The notes under the pieces: model-generated | What the model was told of the DNA's origin: nothing | What the model saw: the letters and a program-made list of their open reading frames with translations, nothing else | The model's database searches: none | Position numbers and translations under genes: made by a program | Shown here: positions 55,809 through 64,000 of the stretch, piece after piece | How positions within the stretch are numbered: the stretch's first letter is position 1 | Layout of the letters: every line of letters starts with the position of its first letter | Assembly (NCBI GenBank): GCA_043817155.1 | Contig: JBDRHE010000069.1 | Location: forward strand, 3,244 to 67,243 | From: Candidatus Omnitrophota bacterium | Lineage (GTDB): Bacteria; Omnitrophota; Gorgyraeia; JABMRN01; RBG-13-46-9 | Direction of reading: 5' to 3' | DNA: 64,000 bases

Positions 55809-56660
55809 TTAATCCCACACCTTTCTGAACGCGTACCACTGGTCGGGGTATGACCTTATATATCCTTCTATTACGGATATATATCTTTTGATAAATCTCT
55901 TTATATCGTCTTCATTATCACCGGTATTCACACTCTCGAGTGGCTCATGAAAGAAGACCCTAAACGCGTCATTCTCTACCCTTACTACGGAAAGCGGTAT
56001 GATGGGCGCGCCGGTCCTTAAGCTGAAGAATGCGGGGCCTTTTGGCAGGATCGTCTCTTTGCCGAAAAAATTGGCCTTAATACCGTGATTTGAAAAATCC
56101 CTATCGCCAAGGATACCGAGAAGGCCGTTATTTTTTAAGACCCTGAAACAACTCTTGAGATGTGCGCCTATCGGTATTATCTTTACACCGGCACGCATAC
56201 GCTGCTCCAGGAAGAAATCGTTGAGCCGCTTATCCGCGTGATCGAGAGCAATTGCATAGACAGGATAACCGAAACGCGCGATTATCGCTCCTGCCAGCTC
56301 CCAGTTACCGATATGTGCCGTAAGAAGTATAGCTCCCTTTCCTCCGGCCATCGCTTTGTCGATATTCTCCTTGCCCTCTATGCTGATATTGGCCAAAAAG
56401 TAGTCACTATTCAACCTTGAGAATCTGAGGAAGTCGACGAGATATTTTGCAAAATTCTTAAAGACATTCCTGATAAGCGGTTTTACCCTCTTCTTATCAT
56501 CCGTTTCCAACACAACCCGTAGATTCTCCTCCAGATTCTTTCGATCATCACGGGCGAAAATATAATATATGTCTGCCAGTAACATAGCGATCTTATATCC
56601 GGTCTTAAGAGGAAACTTCAGGGCCAGCCATCTTCCGAACATGAAAGAATGATACAGCAT
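55809..56660 (-). CDS. LpxL/HtrB-like lysophospholipid/lipid A acyltransferase
   Basis: TAHIGNWE (HX4-type motif region). 283 aa. Abuts the GT2 gene. Confidence 0.65.
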   Translation of the reverse strand: MLYHSFMFGRWLALKFPLKTGYKIAMLLADIYYIFARDDRKNLEENLRVVLETDDKKRVKPLIRNVFKNFAKYLVDFLRFSRLNSDYFLANISIEGKENIDKAMAGGKGAILLTAHIGNWELAGAIIARFGYPVYAIALDHADKRLNDFFLEQRMRAGVKIIPIGAHLKSCFRVLKNNGLLGILGDRDFSNHGIKANFFGKETILPKGPAFFSLRTGAPIIPLSVVRVENDAFRVFFHEPLESVNTGDNEDDIKRFIKRYISVIEGYIRSYPDQWYAFRKVWD

Positions 56661-57781
56661 TACATTATCCTCTCGAGCACGGTTTTGGCTATATCCAAAG
56701 CGCTATCCGGCCTTGAAAAATTTCTCGCACGCTCTTGCATGTTCGCAAGCGCTTGCGGATTGGACAAGAGTTCCGTTATGATCGTGTCCAGATCCCGCAG
56801 ATTCTCTACCTTCACAGCCACCCTGTTCTTTACGATGTGTTCTGTATTCATCTGTTCATGCCCGGGTATGGGCCTGACTATTAACACCGGCAGCCCTTTG
56901 GCAAAAGATTCGCTTACCGTAATACCGCCTGGCTTGCTTATAACAAAAGATGATATATCCATCAGCTCTTCTATCTTACTGACATACCCCAGAATAACGA
57001 TCTTTTTAGTAAAACGCCTCGCGGCCTTCTTAAGGTTCTCGTAAAGCCTTCTGTTCTTCCCGCAGACTATGATTATTTGAAATGTCCTACATACATTGTT
57101 CAGCGTCTTTGCGATATCAACGATCGGGCCCACCCCCTGGCTACCACCCATTACAAGTACGATCGGTTCCTCCGGGGAGAGATCCAGGCTTTCTTTCACC
57201 TTCTTTTTGTCGACGAACTTCTTGAATCTATGATCTATCGGGATCCCGGTCAGTTTTATCTTATCTCTTTGGATGCCATTTGCTATGAGACGCTCTTTTG
57301 TCTCCTCGGAAGGCACAAAATACATATCTACATTATCATAAACCCAGTATGAATGCGGGGCATAATCGGTAAGGATCCCCGACAACATAAACTTGAGCCC
57401 AAAGGTCTTGATGTAATCCGCAACGATGCCGCATGGAAAAGCCTGGGTACATATCACAGCGTGCGGCTTAAAACCTTCCAGTAGATCCTTCATCTTATGG
57501 GAATTATATTTATGGATCGCGGCCTTGAGATTCTGCGTACTCTTAACAACGCGCGGATTATCGTAGATATACCCCCACACCTCGGGCGTTCTATTTATAA
57601 TACCCATGTACGCCCTGTTCACGATCTTCTCGAGTATGGGGTTGGTGTAGTTGAAAGAGTTTACGCTCTTTGTCTCTATATCATCAGACAACGCGTGTAG
57701 AGCGCCCTCTACGGCAAGGCTGGCGCTGTGGTGGCCTGAGTTCTCCGATATATACATTAGCAGAATGCGCTTCTTACTCAT
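56660..57781 (-). CDS. GT28 / MGDG-synthase-like glycosyltransferase (diacylglycerol or lipid glycosyltransferase)
   Basis: N-terminal ILLMYISENSGHHSASLAV.. and GT-B C-terminal ..VMGGSQG.. pattern. Confidence 0.6.
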   Translation of the reverse strand: MSKKRILLMYISENSGHHSASLAVEGALHALSDDIETKSVNSFNYTNPILEKIVNRAYMGIINRTPEVWGYIYDNPRVVKSTQNLKAAIHKYNSHKMKDLLEGFKPHAVICTQAFPCGIVADYIKTFGLKFMLSGILTDYAPHSYWVYDNVDMYFVPSEETKERLIANGIQRDKIKLTGIPIDHRFKKFVDKKKVKESLDLSPEEPIVLVMGGSQGVGPIVDIAKTLNNVCRTFQIIIVCGKNRRLYENLKKAARRFTKKIVILGYVSKIEELMDISSFVISKPGGITVSESFAKGLPVLIVRPIPGHEQMNTEHIVKNRVAVKVENLRDLDTIITELLSNPQALANMQERARNFSRPDSALDIAKTVLERIM

Positions 57782-57805
57782 GCGGATCGAATCTGACCTC
57801 GGTAT

Positions 57806-58990
57806 TTAAGTCTCCATTTCCAAAACACGTTTTATTCTCTTCACAGCTTCGTTAATTCTGCGGGTCTCTTCGACAAGCGCGAACCTTACATAGCCTTCCC
57901 CGTATTCTCCAAAGCCCGTACCGGGAGCCAATGCAACACCTGTCTCGCGTATCAAAAGTGCCACGAACTCCATAGAGGTCAAAGCGCTGTACTTATCGGG
58001 AATACGCGCCCAAATATAGAAAGTAGCCTTGGGCGAGGGAACCTGCCAACCTATCTTTGCCAGCCCCCCGACAAGGGCATCTCTCCTCTTCTTATACTCC
58101 GATACAGTCTTCTTTACGCAGGTCTGCGGGCCTAGAAGCGCCTTTATGCACGCGTATTGGATCGGTTTAAAAGTTCCAAAATCAATATAGCTCTTTGTCT
58201 TCGCGAGCGTCCTTAAGATACTCTCATTCCCGACAGCAAAGGCTATTCTCCACCCGGCCATATTGTACGATTTGGAACATGTGTGGAACTCGACACACAT
58301 CTCTTTGGACCCCTTCACCTGGAGGATGCTGGGAGCCTTGTAGTTATCAAAAATAATGTCGGAATATGTCAAGTCGTGCCCGATTATAATATTCTTTCCC
58401 CTTGCCCACTCGACAACACCCTTAAAGAATTCAGGACTAGCCACTGCGGCAGTAGGATTGTGTGGGTAGCTCAGGAATAGCAGCTTGGACTTGGCTATGA
58501 TATCTTTTGGAATAGACGTAAGGTCCGGCAAATATCCGTCCTTCTCGTATATCGGGATATTATGCAATATCCCGCCTGCGATCAAGACTCCGTTAAAATG
58601 AACCGGATAAGCCGGGTTCGGCACAAGCGCTATATCGTCATTATTAAGAAACGCCAGCGAAAGATGCGCTATGCCTTCCTTTGACCCGATGAGCGGGAGA
58701 ACCTCTCTGTCAGGATCCAGTTTAACGTCGAATTTCTTTCTATACCATTTGGCGATCGCGGCCTTCAGCTTGATCTCCGACTCATCGATAGATCTTGAAT
58801 ACCTGTGATTCTCCTTATGGGTAGCTCTTTTACAGAGCTCGTCAACGATATGCTTGGCAGTGGGCTGATCAGGATTGCCCATGCCAAGGTCTATAATGTC
58901 CACGCCTCTCTGTTTTGCCTTCTTCTTCAGATCGTCGATGATCGTAAAAAGATAAAGCGGCAATCTCTTTAATCTATTTGCTTCCTGCAT
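57806..58990 (-). CDS. Class I/II PLP-dependent aminotransferase, AlaC-like (alanine/glutamate-pyruvate aminotransferase)
   Basis: RLPLYLFTIIDDLKKKAKQRGVDIIDLGMGNPDQPT closely parallels the E. coli AlaC N-terminus. PLP-lysine region SKSYNMAGWRIAFAV. Confidence 0.75.
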   Translation of the reverse strand: MQEANRLKRLPLYLFTIIDDLKKKAKQRGVDIIDLGMGNPDQPTAKHIVDELCKRATHKENHRYSRSIDESEIKLKAAIAKWYRKKFDVKLDPDREVLPLIGSKEGIAHLSLAFLNNDDIALVPNPAYPVHFNGVLIAGGILHNIPIYEKDGYLPDLTSIPKDIIAKSKLLFLSYPHNPTAAVASPEFFKGVVEWARGKNIIIGHDLTYSDIIFDNYKAPSILQVKGSKEMCVEFHTCSKSYNMAGWRIAFAVGNESILRTLAKTKSYIDFGTFKPIQYACIKALLGPQTCVKKTVSEYKKRRDALVGGLAKIGWQVPSPKATFYIWARIPDKYSALTSMEFVALLIRETGVALAPGTGFGEYGEGYVRFALVEETRRINEAVKRIKRVLEMET

Positions 58991-59110
58991 CTCTAGCTCC
59001 TCTTCACATGTAAACTATATGTGTAATTGCTCGTGCCCAAATTAGCGGTCCTACATTGACGGAAATGGTATTGTGACATTCGAAACTTTGTTATACCCGC
59101 TTTTCTCACA

Positions 59111-59178
59111 TGTCATCCCCGCGCAGGCGGGGATCCAGGCGAGAGTTTCGTCTGGATTCCCGCATGCGCGGGAATGAC
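59111..59178. mobile_element. Hairpin repeat family B copy
   Basis: TGTCATCCCCGCGCAGGCGGGGATCCAGGCGAGAGTTTCGTCTGGATTCCCGCATGCGCGGGAATGACA. Confidence 0.8.
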
Positions 59179-59217
59179 AAAAAACTAATTTGGACAGCTA
59201 TGATGTGTAATAGCATT

Positions 59218-60135
59218 CTACATCTTGCTTAAAACGCCTTTTATCGTCTTCGCAGCACTTCTGAGAGCCCCCAATTCGTCCACCGCCAGGTCCCACTCAA
59301 CTATCTCTATGATCCCGTCCTTGCCTATCTTTGCCGGGACACCCAGAGCGCAACCATCTATTCCATATTCTCCCTCAAGAACACAAGAGCATGGAAGTAC
59401 GCGCCTTTCATCGTTTATGATGGCTTTAAGGATAGAGAAGCATGACGCACTGGGCGAAAAATAAGCGCTACCGGATCTTAGGAGTCCCAGGATCTCGCCA
59501 CCCCTCTTTTTTGTACGGGCAATCAGTTCATCTAAGCTCTCTTTGTCCAGTACCTTATCTAATGCTTCGCCCTTTACGCGTGTTCTCGATACCAGTGGGA
59601 CCATGGTATCACCATGCGTACCCAGAACAATTGCGTCTATCCTATCCGGTTCAACCTTGAGCTTTTGCGAGATCGCCATAACAAAACGCGCTGAATCCAA
59701 AGTACCGGCCATACCCAGTATCTTTCTTCGGCTGCATCCGATCTCCTTATATGCCAGATACGTAATAATATCCAGAGGATTGGTCACGATTACAATGATA
59801 GCTTCCGGCGCATATTTGCGCACAGAGGCCAGGACCGACCTTGCGACTGCGCTGTTCTTCTTTATAAGATCATCTCGCGACATGCCTGGCTTGCGCGCAG
59901 ATCCGGCCGTTATGACTACGATCGCGGAGCCCCTTGTCTCTTCATAGCTTTCCGAACCAAGGATATCTCTCCTGTAACCCATGATCGGTGAAGCGTCGGT
60001 AAGATCGAACGCTTTGGCTTTTGCGAGCCCTTCGGCTATGTCAACAAGCACAACATCCGCAAGGTCGTGCGCGAGCACCCTTTCGGCCAACATCGAGCCA
60101 ACATTCCCTGCGCCTATTATTGATATTTTTGCCAT
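59218..60135 (-). CDS. mdh: Malate dehydrogenase (LDH-like family)
   Basis: KISIIGAGNVGS Rossmann motif and ..GTLDSARF.. Confidence 0.9.
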   Translation of the reverse strand: MAKISIIGAGNVGSMLAERVLAHDLADVVLVDIAEGLAKAKAFDLTDASPIMGYRRDILGSESYEETRGSAIVVITAGSARKPGMSRDDLIKKNSAVARSVLASVRKYAPEAIIVIVTNPLDIITYLAYKEIGCSRRKILGMAGTLDSARFVMAISQKLKVEPDRIDAIVLGTHGDTMVPLVSRTRVKGEALDKVLDKESLDELIARTKKRGGEILGLLRSGSAYFSPSASCFSILKAIINDERRVLPCSCVLEGEYGIDGCALGVPAKIGKDGIIEIVEWDLAVDELGALRSAAKTIKGVLSKM

Positions 60136-60160
60136 AATTTACTGAAATATTAAAAATTAA

Positions 60161-60251
60161 ATACCAAAAACTAAAAACACACACCAAAAACCTAAAAATA
60201 TTTTTTTATATTTGATATTTGTTTTTGGTTTTTTGTCTTTAGTTTTTGGTC
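60161..60251. repeat. AT-rich imperfect palindrome (ACCAAAAACTAAA..TTTAGTTTTTGGT arms)
   Basis: Read directly, between the IDH-family gene and mdh. Possible terminator or promoter element. Confidence 0.6.
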
Positions 60252-60263
60252 TTTTCAATGTAG

Positions 60264-61343
60264 CTATTTTAGTCTGTCTATAATGGCGTCCGCCATCTCT
60301 TTGGTCCCTACAGCGGTTGGATCGTTTCTGTCCTCTTTTAAGTCATACGTTACATCCTTACCCTCTCGTATCACACCAGCAACCGCTCTCTCTAAACGAT
60401 CCGCCGCTTCAGTCTCGTTTAAATAGCGAAGCATCATAACGCCGGATAGGATTAGGGCTGTGGGATTGACCTTGTTCTGGCCCTTATATTTAGGTGCGCT
60501 CCCGTGCGTGGGCTCAAATAACGCAACGTCCCTGCCTACATTCGCGCCCGGTGCCACGCCAAGCCCTCCCACGAGTCCCGCGCAAAGGTCAGATATTATA
60601 TCACCATAAAGATTGGGTAGGACCAGGATATCATAAAGGAGCGGTTTTTGAACGAGCTGCATGCACATGTTATCGACTATCCTGTCCTCGAATTCTATAT
60701 CGGTGTATCCCCCGGCAACCTCCCTGGCCACCTCTAAGAAGAGTCCATCTGTAAATTTCATGATATTGGCTTTATGCACAGCCGTTACTTTCTTTCTGTT
60801 GTTCTTTCTTGCGTACTTGAAAGCGAACTCAACTATCCGCTTTGTCCCGCTTACAGAGATGGGCTTAATGCTTAAACCGGAATCTCTTTTGATCTTCAAA
60901 GGTCCGTTCTCTTCGATGGCCGCCATGACCTTCTCTGCGGCACTTGTCCCTTTTTCAAATTCTATACCCAGGTAGAGATCTTCGGTATTCTCCCTTATGA
61001 CAACAAGATCAACGCCTGCATAGTTGGACCGAACGCCCTTGTAGAACTTGCAGGGTCTCACGCAGGCGAAGAGATCCAAGGCATGCCTGAGACCTACGTT
61101 TACGCTTCTAAAGCCGCAGCCCACCGGTGTAACAATAGGGCCTTTGATCGCGACCTTATTCTTCCTGACGGACTCGATCACGCCATCCGGAAGCGGCGTC
61201 CCGAACTTTTCAATGACGTCCCCGCCGGCTTCCATCCTCTCCCACTCTATATCGATACCGGTTGCCTCCACACAACGTCGCATAGCCTCTGTTATCTCCG
61301 GACCTATACCATCTCCGGGTATCAACGTTACATTATGCTTCAA
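60264..61343 (-). CDS. Isocitrate/homoisocitrate dehydrogenase-type beta-decarboxylating dehydrogenase (NAD-IDH-like)
   Basis: [34 protein letters not shown] matches the IDH/HICDH pattern rather than LeuB. Confidence 0.75.
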   Translation of the reverse strand: MKHNVTLIPGDGIGPEITEAMRRCVEATGIDIEWERMEAGGDVIEKFGTPLPDGVIESVRKNKVAIKGPIVTPVGCGFRSVNVGLRHALDLFACVRPCKFYKGVRSNYAGVDLVVIRENTEDLYLGIEFEKGTSAAEKVMAAIEENGPLKIKRDSGLSIKPISVSGTKRIVEFAFKYARKNNRKKVTAVHKANIMKFTDGLFLEVAREVAGGYTDIEFEDRIVDNMCMQLVQKPLLYDILVLPNLYGDIISDLCAGLVGGLGVAPGANVGRDVALFEPTHGSAPKYKGQNKVNPTALILSGVMMLRYLNETEAADRLERAVAGVIREGKDVTYDLKEDRNDPTAVGTKEMADAIIDRLK

Positions 61344-61839
61344 GTTCCAGCTCCCCGTGTTTTTTGATATATTCGATCATCCCGCCTTCAGCAAGTATTC
61401 TCTTTGCGAGAGGCGGCATTGCTTTAAAGGTCAGGTTAAGCCCCTTCGACCTGTTCCTCAAGATGCTACTTTCGAGATCGAGCTCAAGTTCATCAGCGTC
61501 ATCGATATAGTTCGTATTGCACTCCAGGAGATATAGACCCAGGTTCAAAGCATTCCTGTAAAATATCCTGGCGAAACTCTTGGCGATAACAGCGCGAAGA
61601 CCTGTGGCCTTAAGAGCCAGCGGCGCCTGCTCTCTTGATGACCCGCATCCGAAATTCTCGCCACTTATAAGAAAATCCCCGCTTCTTATCCTTTTGTAGA
61701 AATTTTCCTCAATATCTTCAAACACATGCCTGGAAAGCTCCTTTGGATCTCGTATCCTGAACTTATATCTGCCGGATATTATATAATCCGTATTGACATT
61801 ATCCTGTAATTTAAGTAAACGATGCGCTATATTTGCCAT
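61333..61839 (-). CDS. leuD: Aconitase-family small subunit (LeuD/homoaconitase small subunit, archaeal short type)
   Basis: 168 aa with ..[14 protein letters not shown].. and ..[11 protein letters not shown].. Confidence 0.75.
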   Translation of the reverse strand: MANIAHRLLKLQDNVNTDYIISGRYKFRIRDPKELSRHVFEDIEENFYKRIRSGDFLISGENFGCGSSREQAPLALKATGLRAVIAKSFARIFYRNALNLGLYLLECNTNYIDDADELELDLESSILRNRSKGLNLTFKAMPPLAKRILAEGGMIEYIKKHGELELEA

Positions 61840-63104
61840 TATTTTAATCTCCTCGAATACGTACGCACGTCAGCTATCTTTCCGGCAATTGCGGATGCCG
61901 CGACTGTGGCGGGACTGGCCAAATATATATTGGCGTTAGGGTTCCCCATCCTCCCCTTAAAATTCCTGTTAGCGGTTGATATGGCGTTTTCTCCATCCGC
62001 CAGGACTCCGTTGTGCGTTCCAACGCACGGACCACAGCCCGGCGCAAGAACTGCCCCGCCGGCTTCAATGAAAATATCGACGTAACCCTTTTTAACAGCG
62101 TCGAGGAATATCCTGCGGGATGCAGGACCTATCAGTAACCTTGTTGCAGGATGGACGCGGTTGCCTTTAAGGATCTTCGCCGCAATCTCCAGGTCCTCAA
62201 GTCTCCCGTTCGTACACGTGCCTATAAAAGCTTCATCTATCTCTTTACCAATGATCTTATCGACCGGTACAGCGCTATCCACTTCATGCGGCAGCGCCAC
62301 CATTGGTGAAAGTGAGCTTACATCATACTCCTTTATGTCCGAATAGACAGCGGTTTCATCAGCGGTTACGGTTCGAGGTTTTCGCTTCGTATGCGCCTTC
62401 AGCCAGCTTAGGACCTTCCCGTCAGCCTCGAAGATACCGCACTTAGCGCCCATCTCAACAGACATGTTGGCGATTGTAAATCTCGCATCCATGCTCGCTT
62501 TATCGATCATCTTTCCGTAGTATTCCAATGCCTTATAATTTGCGCCCTTGGATGTTATCTCACCGACTATCGCGAGAATCACATCCTTCGAGTAAACACC
62601 AACCGGTAACGAGCCGTTTATAATGATCTTGATCGTTTCGGGTACCTTGAACCAATTCTTCCCGCTCGCGACCGTTATGGCAACATCGGTCGACCCTACG
62701 CCGGTAGAGAATACATTAAGAGCCCCGTAGGTACATGTATGCGAATCGGCACCGAGCACGAGATCCCCGCTTGTCACGTATCCTCTTTCAGGAACCAGCT
62801 GATGGCATATACCGGCCCCTACATCGAATATATGTACGGAGTGCCTCCTGGCGAAATCCCTCATGATCTTGTGAATAGTGGATACACCGATATTAGGACT
62901 CGGAGCGCTATGGTCGATCACCATGCAAAATTTTGAACTGTCAAATACTTTTTCCTTCTGCAACTTTTCAAAACTCTCTATCACAAGGGAGCTCGTGCCA
63001 TCCTGGCCAAAACAGAAGTCAACATCGCAGATAGCTACATCTCCGGCCCTGAGATCCCTGTTCGCATGGCTACTAAGTATCTTTTCTGCTATTGTCTGTC
63101 TCAT
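61839..63104 (-). CDS. leuC: Aconitase-family large subunit (LeuC/homoaconitase large subunit, archaeal ~420-aa type)
   Basis: MRQTIAEKIL start and ..GTCTNGRLEDL.. / ..PGCGPCVG.. Fe-S ligand motifs. ATGA overlap with the small-subunit gene. Confidence 0.8.
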   Translation of the reverse strand: MRQTIAEKILSSHANRDLRAGDVAICDVDFCFGQDGTSSLVIESFEKLQKEKVFDSSKFCMVIDHSAPSPNIGVSTIHKIMRDFARRHSVHIFDVGAGICHQLVPERGYVTSGDLVLGADSHTCTYGALNVFSTGVGSTDVAITVASGKNWFKVPETIKIIINGSLPVGVYSKDVILAIVGEITSKGANYKALEYYGKMIDKASMDARFTIANMSVEMGAKCGIFEADGKVLSWLKAHTKRKPRTVTADETAVYSDIKEYDVSSLSPMVALPHEVDSAVPVDKIIGKEIDEAFIGTCTNGRLEDLEIAAKILKGNRVHPATRLLIGPASRRIFLDAVKKGYVDIFIEAGGAVLAPGCGPCVGTHNGVLADGENAISTANRNFKGRMGNPNANIYLASPATVAASAIAGKIADVRTYSRRLK

Positions 63105-63157
63105 TATCCGCCTGCATTTATCCGATTATATTGATCGCGCTCACGGTCAAAACTGCG

Positions 63158-64000
63158 CTATAGCCGTTTAAACCAATCGCCTATCCTCGTGAGTCCCTTC
63201 GATATATTCTCCATACCGGTCGCAAAGCTTAATCTTATGTGTTTATCCGAACCAAAGGCTGCTCCGGGCACGCACGCAACATGAACATCATCAAGCAATC
63301 TCTCGCAAAGAGCAACCGAGCCCAGACCCGTCTTTTCTATATTACAGAAAACATAGAACGCACCTTTTGGCGTAAAGCATGACATGCCCTTGATGGAATT
63401 TATCACGCGCACCATGTAATCTCTTCTTGAAACAAACTCAGCTCTCATGCGGCCTATTACTGCCTGGTCGCCTTTGAGGGCGCATAGGGCCGCTTTTTGA
63501 CTGATGGAAGTCGGGTTCGATGTGGAGTGGCTCTGAAGAGCGCCGATCTTCTCTATCATATCTTTAGGCCCAGCGGCATAGCCTATTCTCCAACCCGTCA
63601 TGGAATACGACTTCGAAACACCGTTTACCGTGATCGTCCGGTCATATATATCTTTACCGAGTGACGCGATAGAGACCTGTTTCACACCGTCATATGTGAG
63701 CGCCTCGTATATTTCATCGCTTATCACAAAGACCTTTTTAGAGACGGCTAAATCTGCGATATTTTCAAGCACCGCCTTGTCATAAACCGCTCCCGTAGGA
63801 TTAGATGGGCTGTTTATAATTATCGCCTTTGTGCGTTTTGTGATATTCTTCTTTAATAGCCCGGGATCGACGATATAACCATCCTCTTCTTTTGACTCTA
63901 CAACACGCGCTACAGCGCCACTTAGATGAACCATCTCCGGATAGCTGACCCAGTAGGGAGAGATCACGATCACCTCGTCGGTCCTGTCGCATAAGACCTG
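63158..64000 (-). CDS. Class I PLP-dependent aminotransferase (aspartate aminotransferase family), C-terminal part; N-terminus beyond the window end
   Basis: ..SPSNPTGAVY.. and ..SKSYSMTGWRIGYAAG.. The reading frame stays open to the window end. Confidence 0.75.
   Translation of the reverse strand, partial: QVLCDRTDEVIVISPYWVSYPEMVHLSGAVARVVESKEEDGYIVDPGLLKKNITKRTKAIIINSPSNPTGAVYDKAVLENIADLAVSKKVFVISDEIYEALTYDGVKQVSIASLGKDIYDRTITVNGVSKSYSMTGWRIGYAAGPKDMIEKIGALQSHSTSNPTSISQKAALCALKGDQAVIGRMRAEFVSRRDYMVRVINSIKGMSCFTPKGAFYVFCNIEKTGLGSVALCERLLDDVHVACVPGAAFGSDKHIRLSFATGMENISKGLTRIGDWFKRL

Noticed and set aside
1-64000. Searched for a transposase, integrase, reverse transcriptase, Cas protein or phage structural gene that could mobilise the repeats
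   Set aside because: None recognisable in any frame. All repeat families here are non-autonomous.

Overview
This 64-kb window looks like housekeeping chromosome from a diderm (Gram-negative-type) bacterium. Evidence for the diderm call is an LpxL-like acyltransferase, a TolC-family protein, a TonB-dependent receptor, exosortase-associated proteins and an ExeA/GspB pair. I call about 62 protein-coding genes, all but two (exeA-like and gspB-like) on the minus strand. There is one tRNA-Gly(CCC) and one cobalamin riboswitch in front of a BtuB-like receptor. Recognisable gene content: thiC, thiE, aroB, aroQ, accB, accC, efp, pepP-like, mdh, an IDH-family dehydrogenase with archaeal-type leuC/leuD, gmhA with a heptose-1-P adenylyltransferase, a PPi-type phosphofructokinase, rmuC, pcm, cobO, dgt, a HIT protein, a UvrD-nuclease fusion, a c-di-GMP set (three PilZ proteins and a GAF-HD-GYP protein), an RND pump with TolC and MarR, a TonB-like protein, a glycolipid GT2/LpxL/GT28 cluster, and two dispersed AmmeMemoRadiSam components (partial radical-SAM amrS at the left edge, Memo-like amrB at 38.3 kb). 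The ORF track uses TTG/GTG starts, so several calls carry spurious N-terminal extensions; I corrected aroB, pepP, exeA, pcm, the UPF0104 protein and the Gly-zipper protein. The most unusual signal is not a gene cluster. Nearly every intergenic spacer longer than about 100 bp holds small non-autonomous repeat elements of at least five families. (1) A composite MITE-like family with ~40-bp terminal inverted repeats (CGTCTTTGCGAGGCACCG..TCGARCGTGCCGAAGC) and modular hairpin interiors, at 8 loci. (2) Short palindromes with a GTTAGA..TCTAAC core, found repeatedly at the same CTCG site inside that inverted repeat. (3) A hairpin element (TGTCATCCCCGCGAAAGCGGGGATCCA .. TGGATTCCCGCTTTCGCGGGAATGACA) at 6 loci, including the accB-accC spacer. 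(4) A GC-rich CTGCCTGCCCG..CGGGCAGGCAGG module. (5) A ~40-bp CTCTGGCTGTGRGACAATTCTTCCGCT repeat. One 1.1-kb non-coding spacer (42.7-43.85 kb) is a nest of long inverted duplications. No transposase, integrase, reverse transcriptase or CRISPR-cas is visible in the window. I do not see a convincing self-contained novel multi-gene system. The leads worth follow-up are the repeat and insertion-hotspot biology, the inverted-duplication spacer, the ATPase-phosphoesterase-HIT-repeat-dGTPase block, the Memo / TIM-barrel / M16-peptidase operon, and the RND-TolC pair without an adaptor.
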